Positions 38,433-53,340 of a stretch of 64,000 nucleotides of DNA are shown here, in pieces; the first letter of the stretch is position 1; the number at the start of each line of letters is the position of its first letter. The stretch covers positions 114,576,001 through 114,640,000 of the forward strand of contig OX597816.1 of assembly GCA_951406725.2 (NCBI GenBank), given 5' to 3'. A model generated the notes under the pieces. That model was not told where the DNA came from and did not search any database. It saw only the letters and a list, made by a program, of their open reading frames with translations. The position numbers and the translations under genes are program-made. Source of the stretch: Octopus vulgaris. Taxonomy: Eukaryota.

Positions 38433-39134
38433 GTATGTATGTATATATAAAAGGAGAGCTTGTGTGCGAGAGAGAGGCAGAGAAGATTTGAGTTCATGCT
38501 TTTCTGTGTGTGCGTGTGCGCGAACATGAAGAGAGAGTGTGAAAGAGAGAAGCAAAGAAAGAGACAGAGAAAAGGAAAGAGAGGGAGAGATTGATGGCAA
38601 AAGAAAGATGGATTCAAAATTTTCTGAAGATGGCCTGAAATGAAGATGAAGGGGATTATATATAAAGAAAAAGAAAAAAGAAAAAAGACATGGAACGAAA
38701 AAGAGATAGGGAAATATAGAAGATAGGCGGGAATGGTGACAGGCACAAAGCTAGTGAGGGAGCAAAACAGATATATATATAGATTGTAAGGAAGCGAGAG
38801 AGAGAGCGTTGATGAAAGAGAAAATGATAGATGTTTCTGAGTGGGGGAGAGAGATAATAGATTATGTGTATAATATATAGAATATTGAAGTGTGAGGCAA
38901 ATGCAGAGAGAGAGAGAGCGCGCGAGAGAGAGAGAGAGAGGGAGGGGGAGAGGGGCAGGCAGATAGAGATCGTAAGCATAGAAGTGATTACAAATATAAA
39001 AGGAGGATGATTGATAGAGTAAGAATAACAGTAATAGAGAGAGAGAGAGAGAGAGAGAGGGACAGAGAGAGTAGTGTGAGAGAGCAAAAGAGTTACAGAG
39101 AAATGTAAAAAGAGCGACTTAGAGCAAGGGAAAG

Positions 39135-39175
<41 letters not shown>

Positions 39176-39200
39176 GCGTGAATGAGTGTGTATATGTGTG
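38150..39200. repeat. Purine-rich (GA)n region with TA/TG microsatellites
   Basis: Directly visible; strong strand asymmetry. Confidence 0.85.
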
Positions 39201-39899
39201 TGTGGTTGGCAAATGAGAGAGAGAAAATAATTGATGAAAAATAAGAATGGGTGAGAGATAAAAGGAAACTGGAGGTTGAGGGAGATAGGAACAATGATAG
39301 AGCCGTAAATAATAGAATTACTATTTTGTTAACTTTGAATTAGGTTGAGTAAGTAATCAGTTCCTTCTATTTACATGTTCTGAACGAACCATTTCACCTT
39401 TGTCTGATTCCTCCCAATCTGCATCCATTCTACACTTCTGTCGTCTTGCAAAGAAAGTAAAATAAGACATTCCTGTTACCAAAACTGATACAAGTTAAAC
39501 CTTATTATGATCGTATCTAAATTTCATCGATAAGCTATTACTAAACTAGTGTGAATTCATCAAGCGATTTTTATAATTTTTCTATCAGATTTACGTTTAA
39601 ATTGCTCCGTTAGCGTTAACGGTATTTAACATGATGAACATTTAAAAACTAACAAGGAATACTTAGGCAATCTGGGACAAAATATTAGCCAATGGGAAAT
39701 ATTCGTTTTCTTCATCAGCTTTTATAGAAGACAACGCCGGATATACTTAAGCCTTCTTCTCAGTTCATCAATGAAGTGTAGCCTTTACCGTTATTTGTCA
39801 ATTTAGTAATAGAAGTAATAGAAGATTCTACACTTCATTTCCAATTGTTCTGTATTTGGAGCTTCTAGTGTCAGTAACATAATATGGTGTGTGTGAGTG

Positions 39900-40700
39900 C
39901 GTGTATACGCGTGTATAAGAGGGAGAGAGAGAGAGTATTTGGACAATCAAGCCAGAAACACAGCTGTGGGTTGAATTGACCACAGCTTCTGAGCGACGTT
40001 GGTTCTCATTAGCCGTTCACACTGTGTAATTAACTGGTGTCTCTTCAGCTTTCTTTGGTTTGTACGCTTGTGACTGCGTTACTGCTTGTCTATTTGTTTC
40101 TGAGTGTATGCCTGTATATGTGTTTATGAGAACCATAACATGAAAATGCACAACGTTGGTCCCTGTCGGTGTATCTGCAATATTTTTGGGAACAGCTCTT
40201 TAGGTGTCGCTTACTTTTCACCCTGAAAGGTTTCAGAACGGGCACCGGAAAAAAAGGAAAATAGCATTATGTCCATCCCGTGAACTTGTAGCGGGTGTTT
40301 CAAACCAAGTCCTTGGATAAGCGGTCAAGCATCACGAGATAACCACCATAGTTTCACGTGATCGGCCTATCACCCGACTAGTCAGCGTGAAGCGATGGTG
40401 TGGACGTTTTCTCGGACATTCTAGAATTTGACTTTCGTTCCCCAATACAAAACGTTCGACGCGCATTTTTAGCTGTCACTCAACCCAAAAAGGCAGCTAA
40501 GACAGATGGCGCAAGTAAATGACAAACCACCGTCTCTACGAAGATTAGCACAGTTGTTTCCGGTTATGTTGGACAAACCACTTATTGTCGTATCAATAGC
40601 TCAACATAAATTCCAAGCATTGTATCTCTTCCAGTATGTTATTATCTGAAAAAGGCCAACGCTATTTGTCTTTACGCGCGACAATAAAATCTGTTAAATG
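39900..40700 (+). mobile_element. Possible very old Gypsy-like LTR/gag remnant
   Basis: Weak by-eye similarity only: ITR*..FHVIGLSPD (cf. GIT.D.TKF.HVV..L) and YKTF..LS..RQLRQM..DKPPSLRRL (cf. Y..LK..RLRQLL..GDRKPS.L), with stops. Confidence 0.3.
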
Positions 40701-41246
40701 TTTGCAGATGTTGTTCAGTTACTTGTACACGCAGGACAAGAAACCTATTTCCAATCATTAACTCAACCAGCTATCACCACAGAGTGAGAGAAACTTATTC
40801 TTTTGTTCCCAACAGAAACAAGTATAACTCAACAATTTAGCTGCATATTACAATTGTGTGCTGTTATTTAATCTCATGTAGTATCCGAGTGTTCACAATG
40901 AGGAGTACAAGCAATAGTTAAAATAGAAAAAAGGACCCCTGTGTTTGTGTATAAATAAGATGATAAATTCATTATTTACACCATTTCTATATGATCTTCA
41001 AGTAAAGATTTAGTCTCGTCACAAAATAAGTGCATGCACACTTCAAAAGCTGTGCTCGCATTTATACATGTGGATATACATACATACATACATACACACA
41101 CATATACATACATATACACATACACACACACATATATATACATATACATACATACATATATATATATACATATTCATGCATACATATATATACATATACA
41201 TGCATACATATAAATATACATGCATACATACATATAAATATACATG

Positions 41247-41298
<52 letters not shown>

Positions 41299-42197
41299 TC
41301 AGTTTAGAAACAGGCATAGGTGGCTGTATGTTCAAGAAATTTATTTCGCATCTACGTCGTTCCGAGTCTGATCCCATTGCACAGTACTTTGGTCAAGCAA
41401 CCTCTACAATAACTTCACATTTTCCAGCACCTTATGAGTGGAATTTTAGTAGATGGAAACCGTGTTGAAGCCCATCAATTCTACACGCATCCATGCACGC
41501 ACACATATATGTAATATTCATGTATATATGTACAGGGCCAGTACCACACTGTAAGCAAGCAAATTGGGTGGTCGCTGAGGGTGTTGAAGTCGGGACCCCA
41601 CAAATGATAGAAAATTTCTTAATCCAATTAAAACCACGAAAATGAGCAAGGGAGGTCACTCCTAGAACAAAGACAAAATACACGGAGAGTGGCGATGAGA
41701 AGCTTGTGTAATGTTACGTCCTTGTTACATGGTGTGGTGCGGAATATTTCAAATATTACCCGGTAATAGATTTATTCATTGATATGCTTGATCATATTAC
41801 TACAGATCTCTTGTTCGCAGGATAATGAACTTTTTGCAGTTGGTGTAATGAGAATAATCACTGGACGGTGAAGCAATAGTTGAGAGGAGGTCGTATCGTA
41901 GAGCTGGCCTTAGGCGCTGAAAACAATAGCGGCAACCCTGTGTGTGTGTGTGTGGTGAGAGAAAAAAAGGGGGAGAGAGAGAGATGTATGTGGTAGTCTG
42001 TGCATATCTGTGTCAGTGCTTATGTTGTAGCCGTCTGTGTCATGTAACTTGACAGACAGATAACGAGAGAACAATGAAATAAGACTGGTGGAATCGATAG
42101 AACCAACTAAAACTCTTAAAAGCAGTGCTCCAACATGATTGCTGTGCAATGAATGAAACCACCAAACGAACATAAAAAATAAAAGTATCCTAACCTA

Positions 42198-42377
42198 GGC
42201 GCAGGAGTGGCTGTGTAGTAAGTAGCTTGCTAACCAACTACATGGTTCCGGGTTCAGTCCCACTGCGTGGCATCTTGGGCAAGTGTCTTCTGTTATAGCC
42301 TCGGGCCGACCAAAGCCTTGTGAGTGGATTTGGTAGACGGAGACTGAAAGAAGCCTGTCGTATATATATATGTATAC

Positions 42378-42413
<36 letters not shown>

Positions 42414-42626
42414 ATATGTTTGTGTGTCTGTGTTTGTCCCTCTAGCATTGATTGACAACCGGTGCTGGTGTGTTTACGTCCCCGTCACTTAGCGGTTCGG
42501 CAAAAGAGACCGATAGAATAAGTACTGGGCTTACAAAGAATAAAGCCCAGGGTCGATTTGCTCGACCAAAGGCGGTGCTCCAGCATGACCGCAGTCAAAT
42601 GACTGAAACAAGTAAAAGAGAGAGAG
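42198..42626 (+). mobile_element. Young full-length SINE family A
   Basis: Intact head GGCGCAGGAGTGGCTGTG..GGTTCAGTCCC, tail GAAACAAGTAAAAGAG, CpGs retained. Confidence 0.9.
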
Positions 42627-43506
42627 TAACCTGATTATGATTTGACAAAATTCAGTACACCTTGTATAGGAATGGTAGATTATTCAAAAATCATAATTTA
42701 AGGCTTTGACTTTATAGTTTGGTAAAAAAAGTGTGCGTCTTGTTTACAGTCACAATGTCAGAAGTCCTAATAGTTAATTACCCTGCTATTGAATCTAACA
42801 TTCATGCACACACACACATACACACACTCCTCATACATATTCCTTTCTTATAAATACAGATAGAATGATAGAAATGGGTTTTAGTAACTCGAAATACGTT
42901 TAGGCCCGTAAAGTTAATTTTGGGGAGGAGAAGTACCTCTTTCTTGTGATCAAAAATGTTGGCAGGATGCAGTTCTTTGTGGACCCTTTCCTCATTTCAC
43001 TCACTGCTCTATGATGAAATATTGATTAAATGTACAAGGAAATAATTATTTCTTTTGGAAGCAGAGAAGACGGCGCTATTCACCTCATTCTTAGAGATTA
43101 AACGTTTAAAGTAAAGTTTACATTAACACAGAATTCCGATCTATGGTCATCGGGTGTTTTATTTCTGAATAAATGCATAGTACGGTTAAGAGTTGCCATT
43201 AGACTGAACAACAACAAAGACGACATTCGCTTTTTCTTTTCTTTTTGTTATATCTAATATCATAATAGTTTGTATCAAGGATTGCATTATGCCTATCTAT
43301 CTGAGGTGGCGAGCTTAGCAGAATCCTTAGTACGCCCGACCAAATGTTATTCAACCATATCTTTTAGGCAGCTGTATTGAGTTGGTGTCAACGTTGAGCT
43401 GACTGAATGACTAGGTTGTCGGCAAACATTATTTACACGTACTCTATCCTTGATTCCAAGTTTCCGCCGTGATTATCCATCTATTTCTATTACATAATAT
43501 GATATA

Positions 43507-43870
43507 CTAGCTGGCCCCCGTGCCGTCAAAAATGACCGCTAATTGTAGTATTTTAGATATAAATATGGATGGTAAATCAAATTAATACACTTGTCAATGT
43601 TCACATACATTTACATACTCCTTTTTCTCATTCATATGTTGTGACGGAAAAAAAACACAAGGGTATTATTACAGTAGATGATTTTTTTCTCCCTAGACAT
43701 TTAGCCATACCTACATTTCTTTCCAACCAGAGTGTTTCCTTTTTCATTACAGCTTTTCGATGTTCTTTTTCGCATTTCAAGTGGCCTCCTAATTTATTCT
43801 TAACAATATTGGATAAGAATGTTACATAGATGCATTGGCTCAAGAACAAGAAGTGGAGGTGGATGCAAGC
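43507..43870 (-). mobile_element. Possible Helitron-like 3' terminus
   Basis: The minus strand ends CTAG|T at 43507, with a GC-containing hairpin (GCCGTCA-AAAA-TGACCGC on +) about 11 nt inside. The 5' end was not identified. Confidence 0.4.
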
Positions 43871-43889
43871 GCAAGCTCCTAAAATTTTG

Positions 43890-44032
43890 GTGAGTTCAAA
43901 TTCCGCCGGGGTCGACTTTGCTTTTCATCCTTTCGGGGTCGCTAGATTAAGTACCAGTTGCGTATTGAGGTCGATCTAATCGACAGGCCCTCTCCCACAA
44001 AATTTCGGGCCTTGTGCTCGAGTAGAAAAGAA
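43890..44032 (+). mobile_element. SINE family B, 5'-truncated copy
   Basis: GAGTTCAAATTCCGCC..GTCGACTTTG..CATCCTTTCGGGGTCG followed by the tail. Confidence 0.8.
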
Positions 44033-45457
44033 TATTAAGACTGAAAAAATCGACTTTTGATCTAGGTTTGTACCCGCTAAGCAAATTTCGTTCCCGAACT
44101 TATTCGTAGATGCAGTTCTTACGTTCTAGTAATTCATTAGTGGGTTTAGCTGAGGGAAAGAATCTCCGAGGTGGCGTATTACTTTTTAACTGAGTTCTGA
44201 TATATGTGTTGCAGATTTTCTGAATTTTCTCAGAACTAACACTTGCAGTAAAGCAGAGATAAACGAAAGTGTGATTTAACCGCCAATTTCTACTCGAGAG
44301 TGGATGAAAGCCTTACGTCACGAGCCAGTCATTTATTATTTTAGATTATGTTTTTAGGGGACCTTTTTCTTTTGCATAAGCTAATAAACCAGTGCAGATT
44401 AAATTTGTCAGAAATTGGTGGCAATTCCTTTCGTAACAGAGGTGAGACTCAGTTTAAATAGAATCCAGTGGCGACTTAAGCATTCCAGACATGACTATCC
44501 TGTTTTATTCAAGTATAGTGATTGAAAACACATTATACCCTTCTTTCTTATGAACAGGTCATGTCAAGTACCTAACTATAATAGAGGCTTCCTTCAAGGG
44601 TTTGTGTGAAAGGATGTTCTTGTTGCTTAGCTCATACGAACTTCGACTAAGACGACCTATGATCAAATGCCCTCAAGCTGTGACAATTCTGTCTTTCTGG
44701 ATGTATATAGAATTACGTTATTTAATGTATTTTTCCTTGATTACGATTGAAGTTGGTATATTTTTAAAAAATAAGATATTTTTAACATGATGATTTTTAA
44801 AAAATCATATTTTGTTTTCGACAAATTTTGTTGTTATATCTCATAATATTGTTACTAGGATTAACGTGGATAAAACTTAAACGAAATTTTTGTATTAGAG
44901 GTAGAGAAAATTTGGCATTTTCTTTTAAATTACTTTATTTTTTTTTTATTCTTTTCTTGTATGTAAATGTATGTGTGTATGATTTAACGAAATTCATAAA
45001 ATAGATAACTTTTATGGAAACGAAAAGAAAAAAATGAAAAATGTAAACTATTTGAAAATATACAATATTTAGAATTGTCCTTTCATGAATGTTTTCCATT
45101 CAATGTAGTGGAATATGTCTTTTTAGTTCATGTGAAGTTAATTAAGTGTATGTTTCTCTGATGTTAACAAACAGATTCATGCTGGGATAGTATAATTGTA
45201 ATTAGCTATCTCTTCCGTTGATTTCTTAATGGCTGCAAGATTTCAAAGCTTTTGATAAATTTTTAATAATCACATTCTAGCGTCTTTGTATTAAGTTCAA
45301 TATTGGATCACTATCATCTCTCTCCCTCCCCCTCTCTCTCTATTTATCTCATACATATAAACGCGTATACATCATTTGTTCTATCCATATACATACATAT
45401 ATATATATATATATATCGATGTACGTGCGTGTTTGCAAGTGTTTGTATGCACAAGTG

Positions 45458-45502
<45 letters not shown>

Positions 45503-46118
45503 TTGTGTCTGTAATTAATTATCCCTGGATAAGATAGAAATATAAAGGTGAAACAAGCAATGATCTTGGCAGGGGTGTCATAACACTTGTTCATGCACAT
45601 CCAATAGTTTGAAGGTTGAGCTTTGTTAGAAGTAGGTGCCCATTTTACCAAGTAAACAATGTTATGTCTAACAAAGAACACGTACATATCAATTCATATA
45701 CGCATTCGTACACATATACATGTTTATACACACATACACATACGCGTATACATCTGCTGTTTTATTTGCTTCTTTGATAGCCTCTCATCTTTCTGTCACT
45801 CTCTCTTTATTTTCATTATATTATGCTGCTAGGGTAACTAAGGATGATGTTGAAACCTTTCCTACTTGCTGAACCATGTTTCCAGTGCAACTAGGGATAA
45901 AATTGGACCTCTCTAACCGTCTCATCTCTCCAACACACAAACTGATCCGTTATCCGCATCACTCTGTTTCTCTCACCAACATATGCATATGCATAAGAGA
46001 TTGCATCGAATATGCTTATCTTCAATACACTTTATCATTAATCTTTCTACATATCCTGTTTTAAGGTGTTATTAGTGTGTCGCCATTGAGGCGGTGTTAG
46101 TTTGTTGCGAGCCACCCC

Positions 46119-46576
46119 AATAATAATAATAATAATAATTGTGTACAGTGCTCAGGTGCACTACAACTCATCTAAAGTGTATATATAATCAGGTGTAGTT
46201 TCGGCAGATTTCGGAAAGCATGAGGGCCTTAAAGGATGCAGTGTCATGGCAGTCAACAACTGACGCAGGCAGTTTATTCCATACTTCAGCAACTCTGAGC
46301 GTGAAAAAATGTTTCTGAAAGTCATGGGAGCTGTGTTGTTTTCTGACTTTGTAGGCATGTCCACGTGTGTTAGACACATGGAGATCAAAAAGGTGTTCAG
46401 TGTTGTTGTTGGTGAGGTGGTTGATAACTTTGTGGGTGTTTACCAAGTCCGTCGCCAGACGCCGGAGCTTCAGTGAATCCATGCCCAGGGAAACAAGGCG
46501 CTCAGAATATGGTAGGTGTCTGGTGGAGGGTATGCGTTTGGTTGCACGTCTCTGGACAGATTCCAGGAGGTCAATA
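46119..46576 (-). mobile_element. CR1-clade LINE 3' end with (ATT)n tail
   Basis: IDLLESVQRRATKRIP..LPYSERL..L..LRR..DL..TRGH..K..FFTLRVAEVWNKLP..V....FK is the canonical CR1/L2 ORF2 C-terminus. A short 3' UTR and an ATT tail follow. Confidence 0.9.
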
Positions 46577-48806
46577 ATAAACCGCAACGAGTACATCGCT
46601 GAAATTCGTTTATTTGTTATTTCTGTAATTTTATTTATATTGCATATGAAAGTTTTTTTCTAATGGTCGCCAGTAGTGTACGAATATAACTAAAAAAAAA
46701 AAAAAAGAAGTTAATCATACTTAATTATACTTAAACCACGAACAGAAGAGATTAGTGTTGTTTGGTACCTAGGAATAAGTTATTTCTCAGTATTCAGAAT
46801 GTCCTTTGTACTCTGGGCTGAAATTCAGTAAAGGCGAACTCAACGTTGCTTTCGCTATGCTGGACCTTCCTCTCTGGTTTGATCTTTGGTAGGCTTTCGT
46901 CTTAATACCCCTCTTGCATGGGAAAAGATCATAGAACATTCGATCATGTTCTACATGGCGTGATGTTTCTGTAAGCTGATAGGCTGGTCATCAGGGAACG
47001 TCACCTGACCAAAATGGGGTTTTAGCTGATAACTGAACATGTGTCGTTTCAAATCTATGCAGTCATCATTCCCTCACCACTGGGCCCCTTGTTATCAACA
47101 ACCATAATTCATCGATTGTTTATCTTTCTGTTAATATCCATCACTCACTTACCTCCAAACAGTCCACTCCTTCCAATCTCATTGTTTCTATCATGATATT
47201 CTTGCTCTCTTTACCTACTTACCCCCAATTTTGCCACCATTCTCCTCTATAGACTCATGGTCACCCTGCCATGAACCATAGAAGACATCATATTATAGTG
47301 AGCACTCTTTATCTTGAAAATTTCAAAGCAACCTCACTAGTGCTGAGGCCGCAATAAAATTCTTCCAGTACCCTCTGTAAAGTGGTTGGTGAGCAAGCTG
47401 GGACAGTGTAGGGTTGGAAACAACTCTTTAGGCTGACAAAGGACATGGCAACCTCTCTAGTTTTGGTGCCATATTAAAATGCACCTGCTTCATTCTGTAA
47501 TATGGCTGTTGCTAGGAAGGGTATTGAACTGTAGAATTTACATAAAAATTGCAATGTATGAATGAAACATGAACATCTGACCCAACTTTGAGGGCAGTGA
47601 CTCCAAATAAGAGTGGACTTAGACTGTGACAAACTATCCAATCTATGCTAGCATGGAAAGCAAACACAAAAATTATAATGTATGCACGTGTGCATGTGTG
47701 TGTGTGTGTGTTCTGGTAGAAGCACACTCAACCACTGAGAAAGTGTGGTGCTCTTTACACATCTTAAATTACATAAGGCATCTGAACTTAATCAGTCATT
47801 TAAACATCATCAAAGTATTGCAGGTTTTTGAGGCTTTATTGTTGCTAGGAAGATTTTCTTGTTATTGAGGTGTTGTAATACATCCACAATGCATGTTCAT
47901 AATATAATGTAACCATTATTGTAACCTGCCTGAAGAGTTATTTTTCATACATGATCATCCATTTTATAGCTAGGGTGCATTTGGTTTATATAGTATATCT
48001 TTTGTCTGTTTTCTGCATGTTTGTTTTGTACTGGGTGTTGTGCTATTTATTGTGTTCAAAATATTTCTATCTCTCATAACATGTCTCTAAAACAAGTAGT
48101 CATTGAAACATTCAGCACAAAATAAAACAAATTAAGAAAAATATCTAGTTGATAACACAACTATCTTATAAATAACTGAAAGCCATATTAATAGTAAAAT
48201 TTAACAAAGATAGTAGACCTGAACAACATCAGAGAACATGATCAAAATATCCTCTCTCCTACCTCCACCTTATTGCTGAAAGAAATCTTACACCGATGAT
48301 TAGAAAATTTCAAGTTTAGTGATAACAAATGAGGAACAGATACCAATTCTATTCCTATGATTCTTGCCTACAATAAAAAATATAGAACAATAATAGAGTG
48401 TAATAGTTAATCTGAAACAAAACAACAACAACAACAACAGTATATAATCCAGAAGATAAAACTGGGGAAGTGTTGAAATGTCCATAGACCTAAATGATGT
48501 GATGTTCCATGCAAAACATAAAAGACTAATAAGTAATTGAGGAAAATCCTTGAAAAATTTAATCCAAAACTGGAGTGAAGTTGTGTTTTCAATAACACAC
48601 ACATCCATATCTACACAGGCATATATATTTTTCTGTATGGTTGTGCTTCTGTGTGTGCATGTAAATATGAGTGTGTGTGTGTATGTATGTATGTATGTAT
48701 GTATGTATGTATGTATGTATGCATGTATGTATATATATATGTGTGTGTACATACACACACACAGGCATATGAAATATATGTATATGTATATATATGCATG
48801 TATGTA

Positions 48807-48849
<43 letters not shown>

Positions 48850-50192
48850 TCATATTATGAAATATTTATATCCCTATATCCCTCTATTATTCCTTCAATC
48901 TCTCATCAACTGACACACAAAGCCACCCCACTCAATGCTATTTCCCCCAGTGGAGGGGACTTTGTTTTCCAAGTTACTTGGTGACCCCCACCTGTGCTGG
49001 TGTCATGAAAAATAGCACCCAGTACACTCTGTAAAGTGTTTGGCATTAGGAAGGGCATCAGGCTGTTGGAACCATGGCAAAACATACAATAGAACTTGGC
49101 ACAGTTCTCTGGTTTGCCAGCTCTTATCAAACTACATCACCCATGCCAGCATGTAAAACAGACACTGAATAACATCGATGGTGATGATAATGATATGTGT
49201 GTGTGTGTGTGTGTATGTGTGTGTGTGTATAAATATATCTATATGTAATATAAAGTGAAATTGTAGTCGTAGTCAGTAAAAGGCATACACTACACTCTTG
49301 GAGTGGTTGGTGTTAGGAAGCGCATCCGGCCATAGAACCCAAGCCAAATCAGACTGTTATCTGATACAGCTCTCTGGCTTACCTGTTCCAGTCAAACTGT
49401 CTAACCCATGCCAGCATGGAAAACAGATGCTAAATGATGATGATGATGATGTATACTTGTGTATGTGTATATATATATGTATGCATGTGTGTATGAATGT
49501 GTGTATGCGTATTACAATATTTCCACAACAGTCTCAAGGAAGACAATACTCTTTGCTTATTCCTACAATTTATATATACATATTTTTCTTTTTATTTCCC
49601 TAACAAGCTCGGAAACAACGTAAGCATCACATAACATTTTACACAGCTTTCGTATAGCTGCTCAATTTGGAAGTTATAACGAAGACAGATCTACCAAGTA
49701 AGACAAGAGGCAAAGATGGTAAGAAGTGTGAAAAGTCTGAAATAATAGCTAAACAGACAGTAAGAAAAGAACAAAGCAGGATGCCATGGGGGAAGAAAAT
49801 GTATACTTCTATGTATTATGATGCAGGTGGACAGGCGATCTTGCATTCAGAAATCACTGCGGTGGATGGATGGGTGTGTGAGAAAAGATAAAAAGAAAAG
49901 TGGAAGAAATGTGTAGGATTCTGAGAAGTGTTACAAATAAATGTTTTCCAAAATTACTGTAAGGAGGGGAATTCTCTGACATGGTGATCCAAAGAAGGAA
50001 TGGCAATAGAGATGGATCAAAGTATTTTCTGCATACATGGCAATTAGGAAAATGAGAGTTCTTCTGTGTGTGTTGCTGTGAAAAATGTTAAAGGCTTAAA
50101 AATATAGGGTTTTGTGTTAAGTTACATCACTTAGCTAATAAGATTATCTGTGTCTGTGTATGAACATGCATATATATATATATATGTGTATA

Positions 50193-50257
<65 letters not shown>

Positions 50258-51497
50258 ATGTATGTATGTATGTGAGTATGTTTACACATACATATATACA
50301 TACACACATTCCATGTGTGTGTAAGAGAGAGACAGAGACAGAGAGTGCAAATGTGTGGCTGTTTTTTTTTTGTTTCAAGCTGATGACTGTCATATCAGCC
50401 AACACAGCCTATGACTATAACAGCTAAAATGATTATATTTTGACTCAGGGGAGTCTGTAATGTACTAAATGTTATAGTATAGGGTTTTAAAGTTAATTGA
50501 TAATAGCATGTAATAACTGTATATATTGGGTCTTCATATCTGTTCCAGCATACCAAGATGTACCTGAACACTGTATCACAGCTGATTAAGTTGGGAGAAT
50601 ATTACTCGGTTAACTAAAGCCACATAGGTTATGTTCTCTCTTTCTCTCTCTACCATATTGCACTGTACTGTCTTCCAGTTTCAGGAGGAAAATATCACCC
50701 AGAAAAAAAAAACAAAAAACAAAAAATTAAAACTTGACCCTGTCTCTTTTACCAAGGGCCCACACCACATCAGATTACAATCAAAATAAAAGAAATGGAA
50801 ATGCATCACAGAAAAAAGAGCCAGCATTCATTATCCTATAGTTGAAACAAGCCTTAGTACTTCATAAGCCCATTAAAGCAAGAAGGAGTCAAATGCTGGT
50901 TGATGCAAGCATCTGGTCTTGCTTGGCTTGGGCTTATAAAAAGAAACCAGTACTTTTATCATGATACCATCACTAGAAGGGTTGTTACCCAAGGCTGAAG
51001 ATGCTTCTTCTCCTCATGGGGTGATGCTGTACCCTGTCATACAACAACCTGGTACTTCATGCACCCTGCATTAAAATAAAATCATTCTTTTTATCTTAAT
51101 TTCTCCTTCTTCTTAGTCCTTTACACTAAGTGGCTTCTTGCCTTGTTTGGGACTTGCTTATAAAAATAAGCAAAAACAAAAATCATAAGTAAATCTCTTA
51201 ACTCTAACTACTTCAGTTCTTCTATTTGTAAGCAATGAATCATTTCTCTTTGGTAAACCTGCAAGTGTTAAATTTATGTAAAAACAGCTGAGTTTTCCTT
51301 ATGTTTTCCTTGGGTGTTCAGATCTACAAGTTTTCTATTTGTCCCAGTTTTCAAACATTAATCATAGTTTTCAGAAAGAAAAATTCAGGATGGTGATTTA
51401 TTCTGGTGTTTTAGGCAGTTGCAAACATGAAAGACACAGGTTAGCCATTCAGAAACACACAGCAACTGTCAACTCTGCTTAAACATTTATTTGTAAA

Positions 51498-51632
51498 ATG
51501 GTGTCAATCGAAATTCTCATCGCTCAAGACTGCAACCTGTTCACTGACAAAAAATTCTGCTTTTTATATTTATCTTTTTTCTTCAGTGGCTGTGTCTCAA
51601 ATTTGGGCTATGAAAATTTTGATTGACACCAT
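51498..51632. repeat. Short inverted repeat (30-bp arms), probable MITE relic
   Basis: ATGGTGTCAATCGAAATTCTCATCGCTCAA versus TTGGGCTATGAAAATTTTGATTGACACCAT, 4 mismatches. Confidence 0.6.
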
Positions 51633-52334
51633 CATGATCATGATCCTCCTCCTCCTCCTCCTCCTCATCATCATCATCATTTAACATCTGTTTTCAATGC
51701 TGGCATGGCTTAGATGGTTTGACTGAAGCTGGTAAGCCGGAGAACTGCAGAGGTTCCAATCTGATTTGGCGCATGGTTTCTATGGCTGGATGCCTTGCCT
51801 AACACCAATCACTCTGAGAGTGCAATGGATGCTTTTTTTTTGTGCCACCAGCACAGGTGCCAGTTATGTGACACCAGCATCAGCCACAACTATGATTTCA
51901 CTTGGCTTGACAAGTCTTCTCAAGCATGGCATTACAAATAAATATTTAAGTGAAGTTGATGGTTTTGGGGTGTTTCTGAGTGGCTAACTTAGGTCTTCCA
52001 TGCTGCAATTGCTTTAGTTTTGGCACAGAATCGCAGATCAAAGCACTTCAGGTATTAAAATGTCTGAAGACACTTGGACATTCAGAAAGTTTGAATCGAT
52101 TTCCTGAGTTTAAGTGGTCCTACTCAGTCACAAGTTGACTTCCACCATATTTGTATGTGTGTGTGTGTGTGTGTGTGTATGTATCAAAGATACTGCACAG
52201 TGGAACTGAACCTGAAATCATCTAAGTTAAAAAAACAAACTTCTCAATCATACAGCCATATATGTGCAGGCTTGGGTAAGATTTTTTTGGAGGAAAACTG
52301 CCTGGTGCCTGGGCATGCAAGTCTCCTCTCTCCA

Positions 52335-52336
<2 letters not shown>

Positions 52337-52403
<67 letters not shown>

Positions 52404-52445
52404 CACCACACTACTATTCTTCATCATCATCGTCATCATCAACAT
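52337..52445. repeat. (CTA)n-(CCA)n-(CAT)n microsatellite
   Basis: Directly visible. Confidence 0.95.
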
Positions 52446-53269
52446 CATTTAATGTCTGTTTCCTATGCTGGCATAGGTTGGATTGTATAACCAGAGCTGG
52501 TAAGGCTTGGGGTTACACCAGGCTCCATTGTCCTGTTCTGGCAAGATTTAAACAGCTGGATGCCCTTCCTAATGCCAACCATTCCACACCAGTGCTATTA
52601 ATGTGACACCAATACAAGTACTTTTTATGTGACACCAGCACTGATATCAATTCTGCTGTGGAAAAGCCACCAACATGAGAGAATAGCGCTTGATACCAGT
52701 ATTATCATAGACATTGCTATCAGAATGGAAGGCACTGAAACAGATACCAATAAGGCATTACTTTTATTGTCTTCCAACCATTCCACCAAATCCACTGCAT
52801 TAGGTTGCAACTGTTTTTACTGACTCCGAAAGCATGGAAGGTAAAATTAACCTTGGCATAAATTGAACTCAGAATATTGGGAGTTTGAACAAATATAGCA
52901 AAGCATTCTATCCAACATTCTTATGATTCTGCTAATATGGCACCTTCATTGTTTGTATATTTCTAAGACAAATCACCGAATATATTGAAAGCATCAGCAG
53001 TATTCAAACTTGTTTGGATTTATTAATATCAATCCTATGGATTTACTATATTTTGGATAAATAATTTCAAAAAAAAATGATGATATAATCTTCAGTGGGT
53101 TTGGGAATGTTGATTCACTCAGAATTGTTCCATCCAAGGAGATTGGATGATGGTCCAAGATGAGCTTCATAAAACTGTGCAAGAAAAAAAAATTCTGAGT
53201 CACATAGCTTATGACCTTCTCCTTGAAGCAAAAAGTCAGCTACATAAACTGTTGGCTATAGCTTGGAAC

Positions 53270-53278
53270 ACACACACA

Positions 53279-53340
<62 letters not shown>

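Noticed and set aside
41533-41912. hAT-like MITE (CAGGGCCAG...CTGGCCTTA)
   Set aside because: The TIR match is short and there is no TSD.
46955-47075. Further hammerhead-like CTGATGA...GAAAC strings on the minus strand
   Set aside because: Stems I and II do not form next to the core. At best these are decayed.
47140-47225. Strong minus-strand donor sites (GAG|GTAAGT, GGG|GTAAGT)
   Set aside because: No convincing acceptor or coding frame upstream.
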